Below, piece after piece: positions 12,678 through 25,621 of a stretch of 64,000 bases of DNA. Below the pieces are notes generated by a model. It was not told where the DNA came from and made no database searches. It saw nothing but the letters and a program-made list of their open reading frames with translations. Origin of the DNA: Octopus sinensis (taxonomy: Eukaryota); contig NW_021832432.1 of the NCBI RefSeq assembly GCF_006345805.1, forward strand, positions 124,001 through 188,000, given 5' to 3'. Position 1 is the stretch's first letter. Each line of letters begins with the position of its first letter. The position numbers and the translations under genes are program-made.

Positions 12678-12730
<53 letters not shown>

Positions 12731-13237
12731 TTGTTATATATTTTTGACAGCATAATAGGTTAGGTAGGATGATATCTATATTACAATATTATAATAACCA
12801 ATAATATGTTGTACATCTATAGTAATATTGTTTGTTTGTTGTTGTTCCTTCTTGAGCCATGCCCGGTTTCATTGGCATATAGGTTCCCCACCTGGACGGG
12901 ACGCTGGTCTGTTGCAGGCGAGCTGCTAAATGCAGGAGGAGAGAGTGAGAGAAAGTGGTGGCGAAAGAGTCAGCAGAAGTTTGCCATTACCTTCTGCCGG
13001 AGTTGTGTGAAGCTTAGGTGTTTCACTCATAAACACACACATCACCTGGTCTGAGGTTCGAACCTGCGATCCCTTGACTGCAAATCTGCTGCTCTAACCA
13101 CTAGGCCATGTGCCTCCATGTATAGTAATATTACAATCATGAAATTAGCATTAGCTTATCTTACTTTTTCTTGGGGAACCCCCTAGGAACCTTTTGTGTA
13201 ACCCTAGGGTTCCGGGGACTCCAGTTGAGAAACACTG
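12560..13237. mobile_element. Non-autonomous hAT element carrying a SINE insertion
   Basis: TIRs CAGTATTTCTCAAC / GTTGAGAAACACTG; 8-bp flanks TTATAGAC / CTATAAAC (6/8). Confidence 0.8.
12830..13117 (-). mobile_element. tRNA-derived SINE, family F-related
   Basis: Minus-strand head TGGAGGCACATGGCCTAGTGGTTAGAGC...GGTTCGAACC; (AAC)n tail; TSD TATAGTAATATT (12818-12829, 13121-13132). Confidence 0.85.
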
Positions 13238-13718
13238 CTATAAACCATCTCCTTTATAGCATCATACCTGCTCTTGTCCCTCTATCACACTTTAATCTCC
13301 CCACACCTGGCATAAAACCAACACCCCTTTCCTTAAAATAGTGCCCCCACCATTAAGTCAAGGGGCCTTTTTTCCTTTCCTTGTTTTGCTCCTGTCTTGC
13401 AAGTTACTTGGTTGCCTCACTAGTGCTGGTGGCATGAAACAAAGCACCCAGTACATGCTGTAAAGGGGTTTGTGTTAGAAAGGGCATAGAGGTGGAGAAC
13501 GCATGACAAAGCAGATGCTGGAGTTTGATGCAGCCCTTCTGTTTGCTGGGTCCTGTCAAATCAACCCAACCACAGTGCCAGAATGGAAAAGGGATGTTTA
13601 AACAGCGAGGAGAAGGAATGATCACACACACACACAGAGGCACACACACATTAGGAGGAGCATCCAGCCATAAAAGCCCTGCCAAAACAGACACAGTAGC
13701 CTGGGGTGGTCTTCTACC

Positions 13719-13951
13719 TATTTCATTATTACCCACAAGGAGCTAAACACAGAGAAGACAACAAGGACAGACAAACAGATTAAGTCGACTATATCGACCC
13801 CAGTGCATAACTGGTACTTATTTAATCGACCCCGAAAGGATGAAAGGCAAAGTCGACCTTGGCGGAATTTGAACTCAGAACATAACAGCAGACAAAATAC
13901 GGCTATGCATTTCGCCCGGCGTGCTAACATTTCTGCCAGCTCATCACCTTA
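13719..13951 (-). mobile_element. SINE family B monomer
   Basis: B core; 17-bp TSD TGGGGTGGTCTTCTACC (13702-13718, 13953-13969). Confidence 0.9.
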
Positions 13952-14569
13952 TTGGGGTGGTCTTCTACCGTCCTACCCCTGCATGCATGAAAAACAGATG
14001 TTAAACAATGATGATGATGATGATGATGACAACGATGAGAGACATACATGCACACACCCACACACACATAGATGCACACATACATATGTATAGATGCACA
14101 CATGCACACATATATAGATGCACATGTGAGCTCACACACACACACACACATGTATATATCTATAATATAAACTGGACATGGGCGATCGTTGTATTCTTTC
14201 TTGTTTTGAGGTTCACAGCCAAACGGCTGGGTGGATTTGCGTGAAAAATGGCACACATGTGGAGACGGGTGCATAGATTGGAATGCGATTTGTATTTTTT
14301 TCCTAGCATCCATACTTACCAAAAAAATCGATTAAAACTTTTTCTAATGGAATTCTCCTCTTTCTTCCACCATTAAAACAACCAGTTGCTTAGAAGCTGT
14401 TTTCTGATGGGGTAGGGGTCAGGAAATTTTCATATAGCTTGAGACTCCAATCGAAACAGGAGACCCGAAATGATAAGATTGAGAAACACTGATATAGATT
14501 ATGCCTGACCGAAAACGATCACAGCCACCTCATCCAAACAGACCGGGTGAAACCGACCTTAGCTGCTAG

Positions 14570-14601
<32 letters not shown>

Positions 14602-14616
14602 ATATATATATATATA

Positions 14617-14741
14617 CGACAGGCTTCTTTCAGTTTCTGTCTACCAAATCCTCTCATGAGGTTTTGGTTGGCCCAAGGCTATAGTAGAAGACTCTTGCCC
14701 AAGGTGCCATGCAGTGGGACTGAACCCAGAACCATGTGGTT
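14617..14741 (-). mobile_element. SINE family A, 5' half
   Basis: Reverse complement of the A head and core. Confidence 0.9.
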
Positions 14742-14748
14742 AGGAACC

Positions 14749-15130
14749 AGGAGTGGCTGTGTGGTAAGTAGCTTGCTTACCAACCACATGGTTCCCAGTT
14801 CAGTCTCACTGCATGGCACCTTGGGCAAGTGCCTTCTACTATAGCCTTGGGCTGACCAAAGCCTTGTGAGTGGATTTGGCAGATAGAAACTAAAAGAAAC
14901 CCATCGTATATATGTATGTATGTGTGTGTATATGTCCCCCCCCCCAATATCGCTTGACAACCGATGCTGGTGTGTTTACATCACCATAACTTAACAGTTC
15001 AGCAAATAGACCGATAGAATAAGCACTAGTCTTACAAAGAATAAGTCCTGGGGTTGATTTGTTTGACTAAAGGCGTTGCTCCAGCATGGCTGCAGTCAAA
15101 TGACTGAAACAAGTAAAAGAATAAAAGAAT
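14749..15130 (+). mobile_element. SINE family A (tRNA-derived, CORE-like), full length
   Basis: A box TGGCTGTGTGG, B-box-like GTTCAGTC, CORE-like GGCACCTTGGGCAAGT, central TA/TG microsatellite, AAACAAGTAAAAGA tail. Confidence 0.92.
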
Positions 15131-15473
15131 AAAATCATATATGTATAAATATATACACATCCTTGAAAGTAGCACCTCAGAATGACCACTGTCCAGCAAT
15201 TCAATATTTTATGTGTTTATCTTAATCTTATGTACTTCGTTTTAAATAAACTAGTTTAGAACAAATAGTTGTTTGATTTTTTTTCCCTCCAATGTGATAT
15301 TTTTATACTTGTTTAGATATTTGTATGTAGCGTTTACTGCTCTATGTAATTTGAAGGCCCCTCAACCGGACAAGAGCCATTCCTAAAACTAATTAACAAA
15401 GAGCCTTTGTTTACATTTAGATATTCTGTGAATGGGTGTGTGTATTTGTGTGTTTATGTGTGTGTGTGTGTGT

Positions 15474-15517
<44 letters not shown>

Positions 15518-15684
15518 ATTTGAGTTTTTGTGTGTATGTTTGTGTGCACGTATGAATGTGTGGGTATGTATGTATATGGTAGGTAGTTATATATGCGTAT
15601 ATGTACTTTAATGCTTGTATGTGATTATGAGACAATCCTTAATACATCAGGGATTCCCAGCTCTTCATTCTTCTTTAAATTAAA

Positions 15685-15820
15685 CTAGCAGTATCGCCCG
15701 GCGTTGCTCGGGTTTGTAAGGGAAATAACTATACAGCATTTTTAGAGAGTTATAGCCAAAAAATAGCAAAAAAATGCATTAAAAATGGAAAAAATATGAT
15801 GGTAAATTTTTTTTTAAATC
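15685..15820 (-). mobile_element. Helitron 3' end
   Basis: Minus strand reads hairpin CCCGAGCAACGCCGGG, then CGATACTG, then CTAG followed by T. Confidence 0.8.
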
Positions 15821-16012
15821 GACCCCAGTACTTATTCTTTGTAAGCCTAGTACTTATTCTATCGGTCTCTTTTTGCCGAACCGCTAAGTAACAGGGATAT
15901 AATCACACCAGCATCGGTTGTCAAGCGATGTTGGTGGGGACAAACACAGACACACAAACACACACACACATATATATACATATATATATACATATATATA
16001 CGACGGGCTTCT
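15821..16012 (-). mobile_element. SINE family A, partial
   Basis: TACTTATTCTATCGGTCTC...CCGAACCGCTAAG...GGTTGTCAAGC. Confidence 0.88.
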
Positions 16013-16409
16013 CAAATTAAGAAACACCAGCCAACACTACAATCATTAGAGCATAAAGGAAATTCTTGGTATCTCCTATCTTTGTTACTGAGTAGACAAA
16101 ATACGAGTTTACATCAATATAATTCTTCTTTCTTTGCCATGATGTTGCACAAGTTTAACAGTTTAAAACCAGATTAATTTTACTAAAACTTGTAATTTGC
16201 CTGCCTCTTTTCCCTCTTTCAGAGAGACTGGTTCCTTAGCTATGAGAAATATTGAGTGGCCAATGCTTAAGAGTTAATTATTCATGAAGTACATGCAGAA
16301 CAACGAAAATCCAAACAATGATGTATCTATTCATTCTCAATACATACATATCTAACCAAATACCCACTTACATTGTTTAAAATAAGCTGATATCTTCTGA
16401 TGACGAAAA

Positions 16410-17060
16410 TCAACAATAATAATGAAATTATTGTATACAGTGCTCAGGTGCACCACAACTTGTAAAAAGTGCATATAAAGCATATGCAGTAATGTACAAA
16501 TGTCTGGAAAGTGAACAGTAACAGTGTATGAGTCAGATATATGCTTGCATGTGTATGGAGGGGAGAAAATCAGGTGTAGTGTTGGCGAATCTCAGGAAGC
16601 ATGGAAATTTTGAAGGACGCAGTGCTCCAGCAACTAACAACTGATGCCGGCAGTCTGTTCCATGTTTCAGCAACTCTTAGCGTGAAAAAATGTTTCCAAA
16701 AGTCATGGGAGCTGTGTTGTTTTCTGACTTTGTAAACATGTCCATGGTGTTAGACAGGTGGAGTTTGAAAAGGGGCTCAGAGTTATTGTTAGTAAGATGG
16801 TTAATAATTTTATGGGTGTCTGCCAAGTCAGCTGCCAAATGTTGGAGTTTCAATGTATCCATTCCCAGGGAAGTAAGGCATTCAGAATATAGCAAATGCC
16901 TGATGGAGGGTATTCTCTTGGTTGCACATCACTGAATGGTTTCCAGGCGATTAATATTCTGGGCAAGATAGGGGTTCCAGACTGGTGATGCAAATTCCAG
17001 GTGAGGCCGCATCATAGCTATATAAAGCCTCAGATAGATAATTGGAGAACGGTTCACTAA
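16410..17060 (-). mobile_element. CR1/L2-group LINE 3' fragment (RT C-terminus, decayed)
   Basis: Minus frames give RPHLEFASPVWNPYLAQNINRLET..CATKRIP and LYSECLTSLGMDTLKLQHLAADLADTHKIINHL. Confidence 0.85.
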
Positions 17061-17269
17061 GGACTTGGCAATGATAATATATATTCGAATTACCTAGGAA
17101 TGTATTGAGAGTGAAATACATTATTATATAAGAATTATTTCCATTTAATATCATTACTAGATTTGTTTTTATAGTTTACTCTTAATAAATAAAACAACTT
17201 GCCTTTTTGCGTTGACTTATGATTTGTCAGTTTGAATTTCTTACAAGTAATTTGTTGTTGTTGGCATTT

Positions 17270-18000
17270 TGTTCATCATTATGTTCTGAGTTCAAAATTT
17301 TGCCGACACAGACTTTACCTTTCATCCTTTTGGAGTCGATAAGTACTGGAGTTGATGTAATCTAATCGACTTACCCACTCCCCCGAAATTGCTGACCTAG
17401 TGCCAAAATTTGAAACCATTATTATTATTATTATTATTATTATCATCATCATCATCATTATTATTTACTTTTAGTCTGCATGTTTGTTACAGTCACTCAC
17501 TGAGACACACCCAGTGTCCTAGGGCAAGTGAAGGATAAGAGATGATGGGGAGGGATTATTATTATTATTATTATCTTTATTATTATCATCATTATTATTT
17601 TTATTATTATCATTGTCATTATTATTTAATTGGTGAGCTGGCAGAATCATTAGCACACCGGCAAAATGCTTTGTTTAATTTCATCCAACCTTACATTCTG
17701 AGTTCAAATTCTGCTGAGGTCGACTTTGTTTTTCATCCTTTCAGGATCAATAAATTAAGTACCAGTCAAATACTGGGGTCAATGTAATCGACTAGTCCTC
17801 TCCCCCAAAATTTCAAGCCTTGTGCCTTTATTAGAAAGGATTATTATTGTTATTATTCTGTCTTTACATTCTGAGTTCAAATCCTGCCATGGTCGACTTA
17901 GCCTTTCATGCTTTTGTGATGGATAAAATAACTTGAACATTGGAGTTGATGTAATCGACTTAACCTCTTCCTTGAAACTGCTGGCCAAAATGTGAAATCA
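17270..18000 (+). mobile_element. Cluster of three degenerate SINE B copies separated by (ATT)n/(ATC)n
   Basis: TTCTGAGTTCAAA...GTCGACTT cores at about 17280, 17695 and 17870. Confidence 0.8.
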
Positions 18001-18004
18001 TTAT

Positions 18005-18740
18005 CAGGAACCTGTCGAAGAGGTAGACCCAGGAAGACATGGGATGAGGTGGTGAAGCATGGCCTTCAAATATGGGCTTCACAGAGACAATGACAGGAGA
18101 CCAAGACCTTTAGAGATATGCTGTGACTGAGAAGACTTGGCAACTAAAGTGAGATCGCAGCCACACATGTCTGGCCAAGTTAAGAGTACCCCTGATGAGT
18201 CGGGCAATATGATATACTCAAGAAAACCTGTTGAGTCAAGTAAAACCAATATCGTAGCTGTGGCCAGTGCCCCATGACTGGCTCCTGTACCGATGGAACA
18301 TAAAAAGCACCATCAAAATGAGGTCGATGTCAGGTCCACCTGACTGGCTCCTATGCCAGTGGCACATAAAAAGTACCATCAAAGGTGGCTGATACCAGTA
18401 CCCCCCCTACGAGCTCTCGTGCCAGTGGCACGTAAAAAGCACTATCTGAACGTGGCCAATACCAGTACCCACTAACTGGCCCCTGTGCTGGTAGCACATA
18501 AAAAGCACTATCTGAACGTGATTGATGCCAAGCCTGCTTGACTGGCTCCTGTGCCGGTGGCACATAAAAAGCACCCACTACACTCTTGGAGTGGTTGGCA
18601 TTAGGAAGGGTATCCAGCTGTAGAAACATTGCTGGATCAGACTGGAGCCTGGTGCAGCCGCTGGTTCTCCAGACCTCAGTCGAACCGTCCAACCCATGCC
18701 AGCATGGAAAACGAACGTTAAAGGATGATGATCATGATAT
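18005..18740 (+). mobile_element. RTE-clade LINE 3' end with tandem-repeat 3' UTR and (GAT)n tail
   Basis: GTCRRGRPRKTWDEVVKH; repeated GTGCCRGTGGCACRTAAAAAGCAC; CATGCCAGCATGGAAAAC...GATGATGAT. Confidence 0.85.
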
Positions 18741-18742
18741 AA

Positions 18743-18925
18743 GTGCAGGAGTGGCTGTGTGATAAGTTGCTTGCATCCCAACCACATTGTTCTGGGTTCA
18801 ATCCCATTGCGTGACACCTTGGACAAGTCTCTTCTATAGCCTGGGCCGACCAAAGCCTTGTGAGTGGATTTGGTAGACAGAAACTGAAAGAAACCCCATT
18901 GTGTGCGTGTGTGTGTGTGAGTGTG

Positions 18926-18966
<41 letters not shown>

Positions 18967-19193
18967 ATGTGCGTGTGCGTGTGTGTGTGTGTGTCTGTAT
19001 CTGTGTTTGTCCCACCATCATTGCTTGACAACCAATGGTGGTGTGTTTACATCTCCATAACTTAGCAGTTCGGCAAAAGAAACCGATAGGATAAGTATTA
19101 GGCTTGCAAAGAATAAGTCCTGGGGGCGATTTGTTCGACTAAAGGCGGTGCTCCAGTATGGCCGCAGTCAAATGACTGAAACAAATAAAAGAA
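18743..19193 (+). mobile_element. SINE family A, full length
   Basis: Head, CORE-like block, (TG)n and tail. Confidence 0.92.
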
Positions 19194-19529
19194 TAGTGTA
19201 ACTAAGGACGAATATCTACCCTCTAGGCCAAAGTATATCAGTTTTATTTGGTTATTAATTAGGCTTTTTTTGGCTGTTGGCTTGTGTTTCACCCTGTGTA
19301 TATTATATATGCACTTTTGACTATCATTGCTACCTTTTTTCAATTGATTTTTGCTGCTTTTTGTCTCCTCTTTTACCCTTTTCCCGACTAGTTGGAGTGC
19401 ACCTGAGTACTGTATACATACAATAAGCTCATATTGTATTGGTAAACACCATTTTCACAAGAAGCATTTCAAGTTATGTTATTTAGTCCCAAGTCAACAA
19501 CGATCAAACAGACATATGAACAAAGGTAT

Positions 19530-20335
19530 TCCAGCCATAGCTATCCTATGTTTATATGCAAATAGTGGATCTAAGATTATATTACCTGACGTGTCCTATT
19601 TTTTAAAACACTTGGATGTGATTTGAAAGAGATTTGGCTGCGATTTCTAGCAGATTGAACGACCACATTGAGGTTCCTTCATTGGAGGAAGGGAGAAAAG
19701 AGTGGAAGCGGTAGTAGGAGGAGACTACTACAATAGTCAATGTCCTCTGCTTGTCAAAGAAAAAGAGAACAAAAAGTAGAGCAAGGACGTAAAAAAAGGA
19801 AAGCAAAGCAGAAACATCACCAGCAATAACAACTATGAACCAGTAAACAAGATGGGATGGTCCCATCTGGAATGCCTTTGATCATTGTCCTGCTCGATCA
19901 GAGCTGATGTAGGGTTCATCAATAGTATCAATCACAAAATAGTTAGGGAGTCTTTACGCAGTCATTTGATCTGCTAGAAACAACAGCGAAATTCCTTCAA
20001 ATCACACGTCAGCTAATGTGAACCCTAGGTTCCTTGTACACGAAAAAGGCAGGATGGTCATGGCAGTATTAATTTTGATTAGAGGTTTGCTCAATCAACG
20101 TTGACCAGGGGCTAAACAACACCAACAACTGTAAGCTAGAAGGGAAGATTCTATACGTGGTTACTCAATCTGCTAGAAACAGAAGCTAAATCTCCCACAA
20201 ATTGCTGGCTTTGGAAAAGAAAGGACTCATTGGATAATGTAGACATGGACATACTTATATAAAAAAAATAAAATGAAATAAAATAGAATAAAAGGGGAGG
20301 GCTATGGTTGGATGCTCATTCACGGCTGAACTGGA
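19530..20335. mobile_element. Interspersed repeat family D (CTGCTAGAAAYARCAGCYAAAT core), one minus and two plus copies
   Basis: Core recurs at about 9560, 19640(-), 19970, 20170, 21055, 49700(-), 49770, 57070 and 62600(-); (CAA)n-like tail at about 20115. Confidence 0.65.
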
Positions 20336-20372
20336 AATAAACAACACAAGAGAAAAAAAAACACTCATCATA

Positions 20373-20820
<448 letters not shown>

Positions 20821-21089
20821 TATACACAGAAAAAAAAACACTCAACATACACAAAAGCAGCAGCAATAACAGCAACATCAACAAAAATGGGAGCATCAGT
20901 GTTACTAATGACAACGAAGTAGACGGAGCAAACATTATCATCATTAAGAATATATCTATGTATCTCTGACCTGGTTACACAATAATAGCAACTGCTGCAA
21001 ATTGCACTGTTATTACCACCATCACAACCACCACCACCACCACCACCTGATTGACCTGCTAGAAATAGCAGCCAAATCTTGAAATCATT

Positions 21090-22110
21090 ACTGAAGGTGG
21101 AAAATTGGCAGAAACGTTAGCACGCCAGGCGAAATGCTTAGCGGTATTTCGTCTGCCGCTACGTTCTGAGTTCAAGTTCCGCCGAGGTCAACTTTGCCTT
21201 TCATCCTTTCAGGGTCGATTAAATAAGTACCAGTTATGCACTGGGGTCGATATAATCGACTTAATCCGTTTGTCTGTCCTTGTTTGTCCCTCTGTGTTTA
21301 GCCCCTTGTGGGTAGTAAAAAAATAGGTATTCCATCCGTCTTTACTTACGTTCTGAGGTCAAATTCCGCCGAGGTCGACTTTGCCTTTCATCCTTTCGGG
21401 GTCGATAAATTAAGTACCATTTACACACTGGCGTCGATGTAATCAACCTAATCCCTTTGTCTGTCCTTGTTTGTCCCCTCTATGTTTAACCCATTGTGGG
21501 CAATAAAGAAATAAGAATTGTCACAACATTGGACAAAATGCTTGGTGGTATTTGTTCTGGGTTTATGTTTTAAGTTCAAATTATGCTGAGATAGATTCTT
21601 TCAAAGCTGATAAAGTAAGTAGCAGCCAAGTAAAGGAGTTGATGTAAATGACTTGCTCCTCAAAATTGCTGGTCTTGGGCCAAAACTAGAAAGAATTATT
21701 ATTAGTTGTTAGCACACTGGGCAAAATACCTAGCAGTATTTTATCCATCTTTACATTCTGAGTTCAAATTCCAACTTTGCCTTTCATTGAACACTGGGGT
21801 TGAAGTAATTGACTTAACCCCTGCCCTGAACTTGCTGGGCTTGCACCAAAATTTGAAGCCATGATTATTATCATCACTATCCTTAAGGCAGCAATCTGAC
21901 AGAACCATTAGCACACCAGATGAAATGCCCAGCAGCATTATTGTCTGTCTGTAAGTTCTAAGTTCAAATTCCACCAGGGTTGGCTTTGCCTTTCATCCTT
22001 TTGGGGTTGATAAAATAAGTACTAGTTGAACACTGAGGTCAATGTAATTGACTTAGAACCCATCCCACCCAAACCTGCTGCCCTTGTGCCAAAATTTGGA
22101 ACCCATCATT
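21090..22110 (+). mobile_element. SINE B dimer (21090-21515) followed by three older degenerate B copies
   Basis: Repeated B cores. Confidence 0.8.
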
Positions 22111-22150
22111 ATTATTATTCATTAGTTAATTTTATCACAGTGAATAGATT

Positions 22151-22275
22151 TAGCTTGCTTACGAACCACATGGTTCTGGGTTTAGTCCCACTGCATGGCA
22201 CCCTGGGCAAGTGTTTTCTACTATAGCCTCGGTCTGACCAAAGCCTTGTGTTGTATATATGTATGTATATATATT

Positions 22276-22316
<41 letters not shown>

Positions 22317-22339
22317 GTATATATATATATATGTGTATG

Positions 22340-22371
<32 letters not shown>

Positions 22372-22600
22372 CGTGTGTGTATATATGTTTGTGTGTCTGT
22401 GTTTGTCCCCCCAACATTGCTTGACAACCAATGCTGGTGTGTTTACGTCCCCATAACTTAGCGGTTCTGCAAAAGGAGACCAATAGAATAAATACTAGGC
22501 ATCCAAAGAATAAGTCCTGGGGTCAATTTGCTCGACTAAAGGCGGTGCTCCAGCATGGCCACAGTCAAATGACTAAAACAAGTAAAAGAGTAAAAGAGAG
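22151..22600 (+). mobile_element. SINE family A, 5'-truncated with an internal deletion
   Basis: A core and tail. Confidence 0.9.
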
Positions 22601-22745
22601 TAAATTATTCTCTAATTGAAATATTAAGTACTTGCATACAACAGCAGAAGTTAAAAAAAGTAAAATGTCTCCAAAACTGACCATAGTGTGACAGAAGCCC
22701 AGAAATAATGGGGCCAGAAAAGACAAATAATAATTATAAATAAAT

Positions 22746-23165
22746 AGGAGTGGCTGTGTGGTAAGTAGCTTGCTTACCAGCCACATGGTTCCGGGTTCAG
22801 TCCCACTGCGTGGCACCTTGGGCAAGTGTCTTCTACTATAGCCTCGGGCCAACTAAAGCCTTGTGAGTGGATTTGGTAGACGGAAACTGAAAGAAGCCCG
22901 TCGTATATATGTATATATATCTGTGTGTGCGTGTGTGTTTGTGTGTCTGTGTTTGTCCCCCTAGCATTGCTTGACAACCGATGCTGGTGTGTTTACGTCC
23001 CCGTCACTTAGCGGTTCGGCAAAACATACTGATAGAATAAGTACTGGGCTTACAAAAGTATAAGTCCCGGGGTCGATTTGCTCGACTAAAGGCGGTGCTC
23101 CAGCATGGCCGCAGTCAAATGACTGTAACAAGTAAAAGAGTAAAGAGTAAAGAGTAAAGAGTAAA
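22746..23165 (+). mobile_element. SINE family A, full length, close to consensus
   Basis: Complete head to (GAGTAAA)n tail. Confidence 0.95.
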
Positions 23166-23847
23166 TAAAAATATAGTGGAAGACAGACAAACAAATGGTA
23201 CTAAGTGAAAAAAAAAAAAAAGGGTAGACTATTGAACTGTTTTGGTAGACAGTACCAACTTTCTTCGAAAAGTTCCAGCAACTTGTATGCATTTCTGGAA
23301 TTTGAAAAATTGTTTCTGCTGAAACAGTTTGCCAGCAGTTCTGTTTTAAAGCTTAAAGAATTGAAAGCGGAATCAGAGTCTCTTCATTGCCTCAATGAAA
23401 AGGTCAAGCTTGATCCACTTCTTTTTAAGCACAGGAAGTACTTTAGCATCGCAAAATCTGGGCCATCGTGTTTTGAATGTGATCAGGAAGAAAAGTTAGA
23501 TAAAGAAGAAAACAAAACATGTATTTCATTTATTATTTTAAAAATTTGTTTTGTTCTTTTTTCTTTTTTCGCTTATTTTCTCAATGTAAGTTGTGTCAAG
23601 CTCAATGTTGGATGTGCCATAATGGTACTATCAAAGTGAATGTCTTGATTATGATTGTAGTGAAAGACATGGAACACCACAGACAGAATCATTGCAAATG
23701 ACGTCAGCATCGCCTTATGGAGAGTATACATTCATACACATATTTCTGCTCTTACTACTCTGAGTTCTTCCATCATTTCAAAATCTTGCTTATAATCTGT
23801 GTGTGTGATGTCCATATATATATATGTCCATATATATATATATATAT

Positions 23848-23919
<72 letters not shown>

Positions 23920-24029
23920 ATACACACATATATATAAAAATAAAGATAAGATCGTTATTTAAATATCAAACATATCAAGTGGCAAGCATGGAAATAAAAA
24001 CCTTCAAAGGTAATAATTATTATTAATTA

Positions 24030-24190
24030 AAATTATAATTTAGGGTATCTAAGAGATACCACCATGCTTTAAATAGCAGCCAAAATTTGACTCTAAAACC
24101 GCTTTAAAAATTTTAATGCGGTTTTAGAGTCAAATTTTGGCTGCTATTTCAAGCATGGTGGTATCTCTTAGATACCCTAAATTATAATTT
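24030..24190. repeat. Near-perfect 161-bp palindrome
   Basis: 73-bp arms 24030-24102 and 24118-24190 with one mismatch. Confidence 0.97.
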
Positions 24191-24244
24191 ACACACACAT
24201 ATATATATATATGTTATGTGTACACACACAGACACACACATATA

Positions 24245-24315
<71 letters not shown>

Positions 24316-24316
24316 T
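24245..24316. repeat. (GATA)n microsatellite
   Basis: Direct reading. Confidence 0.98.
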
Positions 24317-24565
24317 ATTTGTACACACTCACACACACACATATCTTCTGGTGATGTACTTATCTGGCAAGTGATTCGACTTGAGATAATGTGGTGAAAC
24401 TAAAGCAATTACATTGTGGGAAACACATATTAGTAGTTCAAAAACATACAAAAACTGGTTACTTCACATTATTATTTATTATTTGTTCTCAAGGTTTTGC
24501 AATGCATTAACAGCAACCTGATCACTGACTCAATGTGATGTAAAGTTTAACACCAAATAATGTTT

Positions 24566-25245
24566 AACGAGCTGGCAGAAACGTTAGAATGTCAGGCGAA
24601 ATGCTTAGCAGTATTTCGTCTGTCTTTATGTTCTGAGTTCAAATTCCGCCGAGGTTGACTTTGCCTTTCATTCTTTCGGGGTTGATAAATTAAGTACCAG
24701 TTGCATATTGAAGTCGATCTAATTGACTGGCCCCTTCCTTCAAAATTTCAGGCCTTGTGCCTAGAGTAGACGCTGAGGTTAACTTTGCCTTTCATCCTTT
24801 CGGGGTTGATAAATTAAGTACCAGTTGCATACTGAAGTCGATCTAATCGACTGGGCCCTTCCTCCAAAATTTTAGGCCTTGTGCCTAGAGTAGAAAAGAA
24901 TAACTGTTTAAATGAGGTTAAAAGTTTTTGTGTTCTTCTGAATAGCTAATATGTCTCCCACAGGGTGGTGAGCTGGCAGAATTGTTAGCACGCTGGGCAA
25001 AATGCTTGGTAGTATTACATCCATCTTAAAATTCTGAGTTCAAATGTTGCCTAGGTCAACTTTGCCTTTCATCCTTTCAGGGTTGATAAAATAAGTACCA
25101 GATGAGTACTGGGGGTCAATGTGCTAGGTTTACTCCCCTTCGAGATCACTAAAATAAGTACCAGCTGAGCACTGGGGTCAGAGTAATTGACTCACTCTCT
25201 CCCTTCCATAAAATTACTGGCCTCATACCAAAATTTGAAACCAAT
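24566..25245 (+). mobile_element. SINE B with tandem core duplication (24566-24898) plus a second copy (24960-25245)
   Basis: B cores. Confidence 0.85.
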
Positions 25246-25621
25246 ATGTCTTTTACACTGTAATTGTGTGTGTGTGTGTGCGTGCGTGTATGAGATTGCT
25301 CATTGATATTGGTAACCTGTATTCCAGTACAACCTGTCGCATGGTCAGGCTGTCTGTGGTTGAACCAGCAATCCTGTCAACACTGCTTGGTAAGAAATGT
25401 GATTTTGATTCAGCACTCTGCAGGATGGAAAACAAACACTCACAACAGATGGATGAATTCAGTAGAGTCAATAGCCATCCATCAACTGGGAATGAAAGGC
25501 CACTGGTCATTGTTTAGACATCTCTATAGGAAAAGGAAAACTCAGATGTAACACTAATGACTTCATTTGTATCCAATGGTGTACATTTCTTCATTTTCTG
25601 GGAACAAAAGTGTACATAATT

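Noticed and set aside
14540-14569. Possible Helitron 3' end (ACCGGGTGAAACCG...CTAG)
   Set aside because: Hairpin too degenerate and no matching 5' end
16195-16260. Strong plus-strand acceptor TCTTTTCCCTCTTTCAG
   Set aside because: No convincing donor; frames close quickly
19360-19446. Possible 50-nt exon translating WSAPEY (kinase subdomain VIII-like)
   Set aside because: Following residues do not fit a kinase and no neighbouring kinase exons were found
25253-25551. Overlapping ~85-aa ORFs with splice-like sites on both strands
   Set aside because: No frame or strand is favoured and no homology recognised
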